Assembly (NCBI GenBank): GCA_965603705.1
Contig: CBFDDY010000001.1
Coordinates: 1-53,563 of the forward strand
From: an uncultured bacterium
GTDB taxonomy: Bacteria > Acidobacteriota > Aminicenantia > Aminicenantales > Aminicenantaceae
Direction of reading: 5' to 3'
Length of the DNA: 53,563 nt
A program made the translations under genes and the position numbers. The notes beneath the pieces are model-generated. The model saw nothing but the letters and a program-made list of their open reading frames with translations, was not told the DNA's origin and ran no database searches. Below are positions 19,608 to 29,245 of this stretch, piece after piece (position 1 is the stretch's first letter; each line of letters opens with the position of its first letter).

Positions 19608-22031
19608 TTATTCATACTTTAAATTTTCAATAGGATTGATACTTGTTGCTTTAATTGTCTGGAAACTAACTGCAAATAATGCAATAGCAAAAGAAGCAAC
19701 AGCAGCCAGCAGAAAAACCTCTATCCCCATATTTGTACGATAAGCAAAGCCCTGCAGCCATTTGTTCATAAAATAGTAAGCAAAAGGCCAGGCAATGATA
19801 TTTGAAATCAGCACTAATTTTATAAAATTACTTATTAAGTTATTGAAAATGCCAAAACTGGAAGATCCTAATACCTTTCTAATACCAATTTCTTTCCTTC
19901 TTCTTTCAACCATAAAAGAAGCTAATCCAAACAGGCCCAATCCGGCAATTAAGATAGATAATATAAAAAAAACGCTGAGTATTTTACTGAGTTTTATTTC
20001 TTTTTGATAAAGTTTGTTAAAATCTTCATCAAGAAAAGAGTATTCAAATGGCTGGTCACCTGTTGCAGCTTTCCATTTTTTTTCAATTTTTCCTATTGTT
20101 CCCTTTAAATCATCAGATTGTATTTTAAGGGAGAGATAAAAGCCCCCGCTATTATTTCCAAGATTGCGGATTATCATTGGCTGAATTTGGTAATATAAAG
20201 ATTGGAAGTGAAAATCCTTCAGCACTCCTATTATAGTTACATATTCCCCTTTTTTGGCATTGTCATATTCTTTTAGAAGTCTTTTTCCGAGAGGATTGGT
20301 TAAGCCAAGTTCATTTACAGCTGCCTCATTAATAACCACTGCCTGAGTTTTATCAGAAAATATATCCGGTGAAAAATATCTCCCCTTCACAATCTTGAGG
20401 TCTAATAATTTTGCGTAATTATGATCTGCATACATTGTAAAGAGGGTATACTCCTCACTTAATGGTCTATTTTCCAGGCGATGCCCATTGGGATCAAAAT
20501 GTCTTCCAGGTAAAGAAGAAGTGTTTGAAACAGACAAAATATCAGGATACATTGCCAAATCCTGGATGAAGTCATCCAAATTATTACCTAAAGCAGTATT
20601 TGCTCGATGAAGAACTAATATTTGATTTTGGTTAAAACCTAATTTTGTATCCTGAACAAATTTGGTCTGTTTAAAAACCATAAATATGCCTAATAAAATT
20701 ATTATTGAAATAGTAAATTGGAATATAACTAATCCACTCCTTAGATTTTTACCTTTAAATCCTATCCTGCTAGCTCCATTAAAAATATCGGCCGGCTGAA
20801 AGGATGAAAGATAAAATGCAGGGTATATTCCGGCAACAATACCCACTAATAAGGCAACGCCAATCAAACCCAGTAAAATTAACGGATTTTCAAAATATTT
20901 TAGGACTAATTTTTCATCAATCAGATTATTATAATAGGGTTTTAAAATATCAATAATAATTATGGCACACAGCATAGAAATAAAGCTGAGTAAAATTGAT
21001 TCTGCCAGGAATTGACGGATAATTGAAGCTTTACTTGATCCGATCATTTTACGTAATCCAATTTCATTAGCTCGATTTACAGATTTTGCAGTAGATAAAT
21101 TAATAAAATTAATACAGGCAATAATTAAAATAAAAATTGCTATAATAGAAAAAATATAGACATAGTTCATATTCCCTTTATTAGGCAGATTGTCATTAAT
21201 ATTTGCATTGAGATGAATATCTTTTATCGGTTGTAACCAAAGCTCATACAGATTATTCTGATCTCTGAAAAATTCTTCTATACTTTTACCATATTCCAGT
21301 TGAATTAATTCTCCCAAATTCTTTTTAATAAAATCTGGGAATTTACTCTCCAATCGGGCAGGAGAATAATCAGGAGGCAGTACTATGTAGGTAAATAGGC
21401 AGTGACTCCCCCATCCTCCCCATTCGTCAAAATTAGCAGTGGTAATATAATCATATTGAAGATTTGAGTTAAAAGGACAATTGTTTACTACTCCGGTTAC
21501 TTGAAAGAGGTTTTCTGGGTTTTGAATATAAATGGATTCACCAACCGGATTTTTATCTCCAAAATATTTTTTAGCAATTTTTTCTGTTAAAACAACACTC
21601 CTGGGATTTAATAGAGCGGTTTTTGAATTACCCTTTAAAAAGGGGATTGTAAAGACATCAAAAATGGCTGGATCAGCATAGAGTCTTTTGTTTTCCAGGA
21701 ATTTTTTATCCTTGTAACCGACCAGTCTAATGTATGAACTTGAAATTAACCTTGTGGCCTGTAAAACTTCAGGAAAATCATTTAAAAGGGCCGCAGCTAA
21801 AGGAGGAGGGCTCCAGCTCGTTTTTATTCTACTGGCTTCAACTACAGGTCCTACTCGATAAATCCACTCTGCTTTTTCATGATATTTATCAAAACTCAAT
21901 TCATTATGTACCCATAAATAAATAAGGATACAAACAACCATCCCAACTGCCAGGCCTAAAATGTTAATCAAGGAATAAATTTTATGTTTTTTAATATTTC
22001 GAAAAGCAATTTTCAAATAATTTTTAAGCAT
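19608..22031 (-). CDS. Duplicated FtsX/MacB-type ABC permease, paralogue 1 (last gene of the long operon)
   Basis: 807 aa. N-terminus MLKNYLKIAFRNIKKHK plus TM1. Two FtsX blocks, each with the cytoplasmic R-x-x-E-I-G-x-R-K motif (NRANEIGLRKMIG; RRKEIGIRKVLG), each preceded by a large periplasmic domain. C-terminus NPIENLKYE*. Confidence 0.9.
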   Translation of the reverse strand: MLKNYLKIAFRNIKKHKIYSLINILGLAVGMVVCILIYLWVHNELSFDKYHEKAEWIYRVGPVVEASRIKTSWSPPPLAAALLNDFPEVLQATRLISSSYIRLVGYKDKKFLENKRLYADPAIFDVFTIPFLKGNSKTALLNPRSVVLTEKIAKKYFGDKNPVGESIYIQNPENLFQVTGVVNNCPFNSNLQYDYITTANFDEWGGWGSHCLFTYIVLPPDYSPARLESKFPDFIKKNLGELIQLEYGKSIEEFFRDQNNLYELWLQPIKDIHLNANINDNLPNKGNMNYVYIFSIIAIFILIIACINFINLSTAKSVNRANEIGLRKMIGSSKASIIRQFLAESILLSFISMLCAIIIIDILKPYYNNLIDEKLVLKYFENPLILLGLIGVALLVGIVAGIYPAFYLSSFQPADIFNGASRIGFKGKNLRSGLVIFQFTISIIILLGIFMVFKQTKFVQDTKLGFNQNQILVLHRANTALGNNLDDFIQDLAMYPDILSVSNTSSLPGRHFDPNGHRLENRPLSEEYTLFTMYADHNYAKLLDLKIVKGRYFSPDIFSDKTQAVVINEAAVNELGLTNPLGKRLLKEYDNAKKGEYVTIIGVLKDFHFQSLYYQIQPMIIRNLGNNSGGFYLSLKIQSDDLKGTIGKIEKKWKAATGDQPFEYSFLDEDFNKLYQKEIKLSKILSVFFILSILIAGLGLFGLASFMVERRRKEIGIRKVLGSSSFGIFNNLISNFIKLVLISNIIAWPFAYYFMNKWLQGFAYRTNMGIEVFLLAAVASFAIALFAVSFQTIKATSINPIENLKYE

Positions 22032-22059
22032 TTTTACCTCCCAAAAAATTGCTCAATCA
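22032..22059 (-). repeat. Conserved 28-nt inter-paralogue spacer, copy 1
   Basis: ttttacctcccaaaaaattgctcaatca. Nearly identical to 24430-24457 and 26801-26828. Contains the GGGAG/GGAGG ribosome-binding site of the downstream permease. Confidence 0.8.
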
Positions 22060-22099
22060 TTATTCATAGTTTACTGAGTTCCGCCATGGGCGGATGTCG
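22060..22099 (-). pseudogene. Possible 3'-terminal stub of a lost permease paralogue
   Basis: Directly upstream (minus sense) of spacer copy 1 the sequence reads ...DIRPWRNSVNYE-TAA. This mimics the canonical ...NPVESLRYE-stop that precedes the same spacer at the other junctions. The real stop of paralogue 2 lies 51 nt further upstream. Confidence 0.3.
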
Positions 22100-22110
22100 T
22101 CCAAATTATT

Positions 22111-24429
22111 CTATTCATAGCGCAAGGATTCCACCGGGTTGGCTCGGGCTGCTTTGATAATTTGCAAACTTATGGTAAAAACAGCAATGATCATAGCCAG
22201 GCCACCGGAAACAACAAAGAAAACCCAACCGATTTCAATTTTATAAGCATATGATTGGAGTAACTTATTCATGAGAAGCCAGGTCAGGGGCCAGGCAATT
22301 AACATGGCATAAACCACCCATTTAATAAAATTTTTGGATAGTAATATTAACAGACCGGCCGTTGATGAGCCCAAAACTTTTCGAATCCCGATCTCCTTGG
22401 TCTTCCTCTGGGAAAAAATTGAGGCCAGCCCAAACAGCCCCATACAGGAAATAATAATGGCTAATATGCTAAAATATTTAAAAAGAGTCCCCATCCTTTC
22501 TTCGGTAATATAAAGGAGGTCAATCTGCTCACTTAGAAAATTGTACTCAAAGGGGTAATTATCTGAATGGATTTTCCATTGACCTTTAATAAATTCTAAT
22601 GTAGCTGGAATATTATGCCCCTTAATTTTAATACAGGCCCAGGGATTATGGGAGGATAACCTCATGGCCATAGGTATAATCTCATTCCGTAAAGACTCAA
22701 AATTATAATCTTTAATAACGCCAATAATGGTTCTTTTGTTATCCCATAACTGTAACCACTTTCCTACTGGAGATTTTATTCCCATGGCCCTGACCGCTGC
22801 TTCATTCACTACCCAGGCTTCATTAGTATCTGTTAAATGCTCAGAAGAAAAAAACCGTCCACTCACAATTTTCAATCCGAAGGTTTTTGCATAATCATAA
22901 TCCACTGTAGTCTCTACCATCTTTATCTTGGTATACTCCTGTCCCTGCCATAGGACATCTCCCAGACCGGCATTAGTATTCCAGCGATAAGGGGGGATAT
23001 TGGTGGTGGTTATATTAACAACATCGCTATGACCTAAGATAGTATTCTTAAAGGCAGAAAAAGATTTTATCCGGTCACCTGCCCGAAAGGTTACCACATG
23101 CTCTTTATCAAAACCAAGGGGTACATTCCGTAGATATTCCAATTGTTTAGAAAGTACCAGAGTACCAAAAATTAGAGCAATTGAGAGAATAAACTGAAAT
23201 ACAACCAGTCCCTTCCCGAATACTGCTCCTTTAGTCCCTTTGCTCAGAATGCCTTTTAATGTGTCAACCGGTTTAAAGGAGGATATAACAAAGGCTGGAT
23301 AACTACCCGCCATTAATCCGGATAATAACAATAATCCAATAATCCCGGACATAACCGGCCACTTTACTAAACTCTCAAAGGTAAACTGTTCTCCTACCAG
23401 CATATTAAACTCAGGCAAGAATAATCTAAGAACTACCAGCCCCCCTAACCAGGCAATAAAAATCAATAAAAACGTTTCGATAAAAAATTGGGTCACCAAC
23501 TCTTTTTTATGGGCACCAATGGTTTTTCTCATTCCCACTTCTTTCATTCTCAGAGAAGACTGGGCAGTGGATAAATTTATAAAATTGATACAGGCGATCA
23601 AGAGGATAAAGATGGCAATTATTAAAAATGTTGTCACAATGGTTATTCTACCGCCACCATGGAGCTGGTAGAGATGCAATCGGGTAATCGGCCGAAGTAA
23701 TAGTGTTCGTGATTCCTGCTTATCAAATTCCTTTACCAGATGGGCAATTTTTTTATTAACTGATCCCAGATCTGCTTCCGGATGCAGCTGAACATAAGTT
23801 TGATGCCAGTTGGTTTCCCAGTTATTTAAATCCCGACCCATCTGACTGTGTAATTCAAACGGTAATAAAAACTTAAACTGAATATGTGAAGTGATTGGAT
23901 AATCTTTAATAACTCCGGTAATATTAAAATCCCTTCCATAGACAGTCAAGGTTTTTCCCAAGGAATCTTTATTACCAAAGTATTTGCTGGCAAAGGATTC
24001 AGTCAACACAATGCTCATTGGTTGTTTAAGAGCTGCTTGAGGATCCCCTTTATAAAAATTGAGGGTAAACATATCAAGAAAAGAGGGATCAACAAAAGCC
24101 CCCCCACTTTCCATCATCTCCTTATTTTGGTATTTAAATTTGGTTCTTCCTGCATAACAAAATCTGGAGGCATTAAGGATTTGAGAATATTCACTTTTTA
24201 AAAAATTTGCCAATGCCGGGGGAGTAACATTGCTGCCATTGCTAAAGTAAGCACCATAAAGGTAATTTGAATTTTCATGAAAGCGATCATAACTCAGTTG
24301 ATTCTGTACCCAAAGAAATATCAGTCCACAACAGGCAATTCCCACTCCCAATCCCACGATGTTAATAAAAGAAAATCCTTTCCGTTTTTTAAAATTCCTA
24401 AAAGCAATTATCAAATAATTCCTAAGCAT
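22111..24429 (-). CDS. Duplicated FtsX/MacB-type ABC permease, paralogue 2
   Basis: 772 aa. MLRNYLIIAFRNFKKRK. Motifs MKEVGMRKTIG and TKEIGIRKVLG. Ends NPVESLRYE*. Confidence 0.9.
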   Translation of the reverse strand: MLRNYLIIAFRNFKKRKGFSFINIVGLGVGIACCGLIFLWVQNQLSYDRFHENSNYLYGAYFSNGSNVTPPALANFLKSEYSQILNASRFCYAGRTKFKYQNKEMMESGGAFVDPSFLDMFTLNFYKGDPQAALKQPMSIVLTESFASKYFGNKDSLGKTLTVYGRDFNITGVIKDYPITSHIQFKFLLPFELHSQMGRDLNNWETNWHQTYVQLHPEADLGSVNKKIAHLVKEFDKQESRTLLLRPITRLHLYQLHGGGRITIVTTFLIIAIFILLIACINFINLSTAQSSLRMKEVGMRKTIGAHKKELVTQFFIETFLLIFIAWLGGLVVLRLFLPEFNMLVGEQFTFESLVKWPVMSGIIGLLLLSGLMAGSYPAFVISSFKPVDTLKGILSKGTKGAVFGKGLVVFQFILSIALIFGTLVLSKQLEYLRNVPLGFDKEHVVTFRAGDRIKSFSAFKNTILGHSDVVNITTTNIPPYRWNTNAGLGDVLWQGQEYTKIKMVETTVDYDYAKTFGLKIVSGRFFSSEHLTDTNEAWVVNEAAVRAMGIKSPVGKWLQLWDNKRTIIGVIKDYNFESLRNEIIPMAMRLSSHNPWACIKIKGHNIPATLEFIKGQWKIHSDNYPFEYNFLSEQIDLLYITEERMGTLFKYFSILAIIISCMGLFGLASIFSQRKTKEIGIRKVLGSSTAGLLILLSKNFIKWVVYAMLIAWPLTWLLMNKLLQSYAYKIEIGWVFFVVSGGLAMIIAVFTISLQIIKAARANPVESLRYE

Positions 24430-24457
24430 TTTTATCTCCCAAAAAATTGCTCAATCA
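24430..24457 (-). repeat. Conserved 28-nt inter-paralogue spacer, copy 2
   Basis: ttttatctcccaaaaaattgctcaatca. One mismatch to copy 3 and one to copy 1. Confidence 0.8.
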
Positions 24458-26800
24458 TTATTCATACCTCAATGAATCGACGGGATGGGCCATGGCAACT
24501 CTGATTGCTTGATAACTAACAGTAAAAAGAGCAATAATTAAAGCAATCAGGGAGGATGATAGAAACACCCATATTCCTATATTGGTCTTATAGGCAAAAC
24601 TCTTCAGCCAATTTGACATCACATAATATGCCAGGGGCCAGGCAAAAATATTTGCGAGTAGAACCCATTTTATAAATTGTTTATTTAACAAGACTACAAT
24701 CCCAGATATTGAAGCCCCTAAGACTTTCCTGACACCGATTTCTTTTGTCCGCTTCTCTGACATAAAGGATGCTAGACCAAACAAACCCAGACAGGATATA
24801 AAAATTGCCAAAAAAGCAAAATAGCCGATCATTTGCCCCATCTTTTGTTCAGACTGGTATAAAATATTCATTTCCTGATCCAAAAAAGAGTAAGTATAGG
24901 GATATTGAGGAGCTAGAGCAGTGGTTTCTTCTCTAATAAATTGAAGGGTTTGGGGAATGTTTTGAGGAGCGATTTTAATAAAAATATATCTCAATGCATT
25001 CCAGTTACGGGGATGGACTGTAAAGACTTGAGGCATGATTTCACGATGCAGAGGAACATGATGATAATTTTTTACTACTCCGATGATGATTCCCTCAATT
25101 CCCCAGAAAGACAATCGTTTTCCCACTGGATTTTTCATGCCCATATATTCTACTGCTTTTTCATTAATGATATATTTATTTATGTCTGCAGCATTATTGT
25201 ATCTAAAGCTCCGCCCATCAGTAATTTTCATTCCAAAGGTTTCCAGATAATCAGGAAGGGAAATGGAATACCGCATAAGAGGTGAAAATTGTGGATCTTT
25301 TCCATCCCATTTAATCCCGCTGGTCTTATAGTCCTCATTATAAGGGACAGATTGGCCAGCTGTAACCTGTAAAACACCCGTATTTTGGGCCAGGATGTTT
25401 TTATATTTTTTTAATTCATGGAGCAAGCTTTTGTTAATAGGAATTTTTATTATATTGTCTGTTGAGAATCCTAAAGGTCGATTCTTAACAAAATTCAACT
25501 GCTTAAAAATGATTACCATGCCCATAATAAGGATAACCGAAATAGCAAACTGACCTACTACTGAAACAATTCTGAATCGTGATCTTCTCCCAACTTTCTC
25601 TCCCGATCCTTTCAGGGAGTCCACTGGTTTCAACCGGGTTAAAAAGAAAGCTGGATAAATTCCCGCCAGAATCCCTACCAGTAAAATCACCGGCAGTAAA
25701 AAAAGAATCATGGAATAATTTTGAAATAGATAAAAGGAGAGTTGTTTATTAGTAAGATTATTTAAAAGAGGTAGAAAAAGCCATACCAGAATGAGTGAGA
25801 ACAGGAAGGAAACCAGGGAGATCAATACCGATTCAGTTAAAAATTGTTTAATAAGTTGTCCTTTCCGTGCTCCAGCTACTTTTCTCAAGCCCACTTCACG
25901 GGCTCGGTTTGCTGACCGGGAAGTAGCCAGGTTTGTGTAATTTGCACAAGCGATGAACAAAATAAAAACTGCAACTAAGAAAAAAATGGTAACATAGGTT
26001 TTGCCTCCAAAACCAAGGTGAACCTTGGTGATTGGCAATAAACCCAGCTGAAAAGACATGCGGGAATTATAGGGCATTTTTTTATTCATAAAACCGGCAA
26101 TTTTATCCTTGAACTGGAGCAGGTTTGTCTTTTGAGAGAGTAAAACATAGGATGGATCCCGCCAGTTCCAATCGTTTTCCAGTCCCTGTTGGAGAGGGAT
26201 AATAAAATCCGGTTGCAAATGAGAGTTGTCTGGTATATGGATAACACCGGTGACGGTCAGGTTTCTTTGGTTATTTAGATTCAATATTTTCCCCATGGGA
26301 TTCTCATTGCCAAAATACTTTTCAGCAATATCTTCACTGATTACCACCGAATTTTGTGCTTTTAAGGCACTCCCAGCTGTACCTTTAATAAAGGGGAATG
26401 AAAACATAGAGAAAAAATGCTTGTCCACCAGATCAATATTGGATTCATTAAAAATTACCATCGGGCCATTATCTGGCCTATATTTAAAAAAGGATTGGAC
26501 CTGATTTCCATATTCATAAATGCGTGTGAAACCGTCTATCTCCGAATATTCATCTGCCATTAAAGGGGCCAGAGCATAGGGCACATTACGATCCACAATC
26601 CCATTTTGATGGGTAATAGTTAACAGATAAAGGTTGTCTTTTTTTTTATGGAATTTATCAAAACCAAGCTCATCCTGAACCCAGAGAGTAATTAGAATAA
26701 AGCAGGCCAGTCCTACTGCCAATCCTGTAATATTGATAAATGAGTAACCTTTATATTTTTTTATATTTCGCAGTGCGATCTTTAAATAATTTTTAATCAT
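24458..26800 (-). CDS. Duplicated FtsX/MacB-type ABC permease, paralogue 3
   Basis: 780 aa. MIKNYLKIALRNIKKYK. Motifs AREVGLRKVAG and TKEIGVRKVLG. Ends HPVDSLRYE*. Confidence 0.9.
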   Translation of the reverse strand: MIKNYLKIALRNIKKYKGYSFINITGLAVGLACFILITLWVQDELGFDKFHKKKDNLYLLTITHQNGIVDRNVPYALAPLMADEYSEIDGFTRIYEYGNQVQSFFKYRPDNGPMVIFNESNIDLVDKHFFSMFSFPFIKGTAGSALKAQNSVVISEDIAEKYFGNENPMGKILNLNNQRNLTVTGVIHIPDNSHLQPDFIIPLQQGLENDWNWRDPSYVLLSQKTNLLQFKDKIAGFMNKKMPYNSRMSFQLGLLPITKVHLGFGGKTYVTIFFLVAVFILFIACANYTNLATSRSANRAREVGLRKVAGARKGQLIKQFLTESVLISLVSFLFSLILVWLFLPLLNNLTNKQLSFYLFQNYSMILFLLPVILLVGILAGIYPAFFLTRLKPVDSLKGSGEKVGRRSRFRIVSVVGQFAISVILIMGMVIIFKQLNFVKNRPLGFSTDNIIKIPINKSLLHELKKYKNILAQNTGVLQVTAGQSVPYNEDYKTSGIKWDGKDPQFSPLMRYSISLPDYLETFGMKITDGRSFRYNNAADINKYIINEKAVEYMGMKNPVGKRLSFWGIEGIIIGVVKNYHHVPLHREIMPQVFTVHPRNWNALRYIFIKIAPQNIPQTLQFIREETTALAPQYPYTYSFLDQEMNILYQSEQKMGQMIGYFAFLAIFISCLGLFGLASFMSEKRTKEIGVRKVLGASISGIVVLLNKQFIKWVLLANIFAWPLAYYVMSNWLKSFAYKTNIGIWVFLSSSLIALIIALFTVSYQAIRVAMAHPVDSLRYE

Positions 26801-26828
26801 TTATATCTCCCAAAAAATTGCTCAATCA
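26801..26828 (-). repeat. Conserved 28-nt inter-paralogue spacer, copy 3
   Basis: ttatatctcccaaaaaattgctcaatca. The following 22 nt (the 3' end of paralogue 4, ttattcatacctcaatgaatcg) are also identical to those after copy 2. Confidence 0.8.
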
Positions 26829-29189
26829 TTATTCATACCTCAATGAATCGATGGGGTTGGCATTGGCTGCTTTGATTGTTTGAGATAAAATGACCAGCAA
26901 AGATATAACAAATGCTGCTGTTGCTGCTGCTAAAAAAGGCCAAACCGTTATATTTATCCGGTAGGCGAAGTTTTGCAGCCATTGACTGACTGCCCAAAAA
27001 GCCAGAGGCCAGGCAATAATATTAGCCAGCACTACCCATCTTAAGGATTCCTTGGCCAAAAGATAAACAATATCCGATATTCTAGCCCCATTAACCTTTC
27101 GGATTCCAATCTCTTTGGTCCTTTGATTTGAGTTATACAAGGTTAATCCATAAAGACCCAGAGCAGAAATAAAAATAGCCAGGATAGTAAAATATTTCAG
27201 GGTATCAATTAAGCGCTGTTCATTAGTATACAATCTGGATAACTCCTCATCCATAAAGGAGTATTTAAGGGTATCCTGGGGAGCGATTTTTTTAAAAACC
27301 CCTTCCACATGAGATATTACCGATTGAGTGTTCTGATTGTTGATCCGTATAAACAGTTCATCCAAGCCAAAACCATAGGCCAAAACCATAGGCTCGATCT
27401 TTTCCCGAAGGGACGAGAAATGGTAATCCTGCACCACCCCGATTATTTTTCCAGAACGATTGGCATTACCAAGCTCCATGGTTTTTCCAAGAGGATCTTC
27501 AAATCCCATTATCCGGGCTGCTTCTTCATTAATCACAAAACCCTGTCCCAACTCTGAAGGAAATTCCCGGGAAAAAAACCGACCACTTTTCATTTTCATC
27601 CCAAAGGTTTTAATAAAATCGTCATAAACCCCTACTATACTCAGTCTGATTTTTTCGTCCCCCACCTTACCCTCCCAATCCCAATCTTTAGTAGTGCTCT
27701 CATTATGACCGGGGATGGTATTGGTAAATGTAAAGGCTTTGATATCAGGATTTTTCAGCAATTCGGTTCTAAAAGTACGCCAGTTTTTACTTACATCCGA
27801 GGTTAGGTCAATATGCATTACCTGGTCTTTATCAAATCCCAGCTCTTGATTAACAATAAAGACAAGCTGATTGAAGATAAACATAAAACCCACTATTAAT
27901 AAAATAAAAACTGAAAATTGGAAAAGGACAAGACCCTTACGGACGGAAAATCCTTTTTTATTAGAACTGATTTTCTCTTTTAACATAGTGAGCGGTTTCA
28001 GGGAGGAGAGGTGCAGGGCAGGATAAAGGCCGGCCACCAGGATGGTTAAGAGAAAAATAAATAAAATCATCCCCAAGCCATACCCTTCATAGAGGTTAAT
28101 CGGAACCAGGGCACCGCTTAATTTCTGCATTAATGGCAAGAGCAAGTAAGCCAGAAAAATCCCAAAAATAATAGAAAAGAGTGAAAAAACAGAGGATTCG
28201 GTGATAAATTTAAAAAGCAGGGATTTTCTGCTAGCTCCTACCACCTTCATGATTCCCACCTCTCTTCTTCTTATAGCCGCCTTGGCAATGGTCAGGTTGA
28301 TATAGTTGATGCAGGCCAAAAGAAATATTAAAAATGCTACTGTAGAAAAGATAAATACATTGGTTTTACTTCCCTGCTTATGACTCCATACATCCTGATT
28401 TAAGTGGATATCCTTTACCTTGAGGGAATAAAGTTCTTCAATGGTATCGGGCAATTGTTTTTTAATTATATCCTTGATCTTGGTATCAAACTCATTTTGG
28501 GAAGCGCCTGTATGCAGCAGCACATAGGTTTCAAAATCACTCAAATCCCATTTATTAAAACTGGTACCATAACCCCCATACTGAAGGTTAAAGGGACCTA
28601 AAAACTCAAACTCCATGTGAGAATTAGAGGGCACATCTTTAAAAACCCCTTTCACGGTAAAATCCCCTGCCCCATAACTTATTTCCGAAACCCTTTTCCC
28701 GATTGGATCCTCATCACCGAATATTTTCTTAGACAAGGATTCAGAGATAGCAATGGATCTGGGTTCAGATAACAAATTCTCAGGATTTCCCTTAGTAAAA
28801 GGGAAGGTGAACATATTTAAAAAGTCAGATTCAGTTAAGATACCTCTTGTCATAAACTGTTTTTCCCCCCTTTTTAACTGCCAGGGACGACGCCAGTAAA
28901 TTGTGGCATCCTTAACTTCAGGAATGTTTTTTCTTAGATAATCTGCCAATAACATGGAAGTCTGCCCAAAATGGGTAATCTTCCCCGAAGAAAATACATT
29001 TTTAGTGATTACCTTATAAAGGTTATCCTGGTTTTTATGAAATTTATCAAAACTCAGTTCATATTTGATCCATGAAATTAATAGCAGACAGGCAGCTATT
29101 CCAATGGCCAGACCGGCAATATTGATGATGGAAAATATTTTATCTTTTCTGACATGCCGCAAAGTAATCTTTAAATTATTTTTCACCAT
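26829..29189 (-). CDS. Duplicated FtsX/MacB-type ABC permease, paralogue 4
   Basis: 786 aa. MVKNNLKITLRHVRKDK. Motifs RREVGIMKVVG and TKEIGIRKVNG. Ends NPIDSLRYE*. Confidence 0.9.
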   Translation of the reverse strand: MVKNNLKITLRHVRKDKIFSIINIAGLAIGIAACLLLISWIKYELSFDKFHKNQDNLYKVITKNVFSSGKITHFGQTSMLLADYLRKNIPEVKDATIYWRRPWQLKRGEKQFMTRGILTESDFLNMFTFPFTKGNPENLLSEPRSIAISESLSKKIFGDEDPIGKRVSEISYGAGDFTVKGVFKDVPSNSHMEFEFLGPFNLQYGGYGTSFNKWDLSDFETYVLLHTGASQNEFDTKIKDIIKKQLPDTIEELYSLKVKDIHLNQDVWSHKQGSKTNVFIFSTVAFLIFLLACINYINLTIAKAAIRRREVGIMKVVGASRKSLLFKFITESSVFSLFSIIFGIFLAYLLLPLMQKLSGALVPINLYEGYGLGMILFIFLLTILVAGLYPALHLSSLKPLTMLKEKISSNKKGFSVRKGLVLFQFSVFILLIVGFMFIFNQLVFIVNQELGFDKDQVMHIDLTSDVSKNWRTFRTELLKNPDIKAFTFTNTIPGHNESTTKDWDWEGKVGDEKIRLSIVGVYDDFIKTFGMKMKSGRFFSREFPSELGQGFVINEEAARIMGFEDPLGKTMELGNANRSGKIIGVVQDYHFSSLREKIEPMVLAYGFGLDELFIRINNQNTQSVISHVEGVFKKIAPQDTLKYSFMDEELSRLYTNEQRLIDTLKYFTILAIFISALGLYGLTLYNSNQRTKEIGIRKVNGARISDIVYLLAKESLRWVVLANIIAWPLAFWAVSQWLQNFAYRINITVWPFLAAATAAFVISLLVILSQTIKAANANPIDSLRYE

Positions 29190-29245
29190 TCATTAACTCC
29201 AGTATTTAATAATATCTTATATATTTCCCATATATGCGGATTTTA

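Noticed and set aside
22080-22094. GC-rich palindrome tccgccatgggcgga between paralogues 2 and 1, as an intra-operon terminator.
   Set aside because: The stem is only 6 bp with a 3-nt loop, and no U-tract follows on the minus strand. It is mentioned only as part of the junction-scar observation.
24460-24477. Inverted repeat attcat-N6-atgaat at the 3' ends of paralogues 3 and 4 (also 26831-26848).
   Set aside because: It is a by-product of the conserved C-terminal codons S-L-R-Y-E (tca ttg agg tat gaa) read on the opposite strand. It is absent where synonymous codons differ, so there is no independent evidence of RNA structure.
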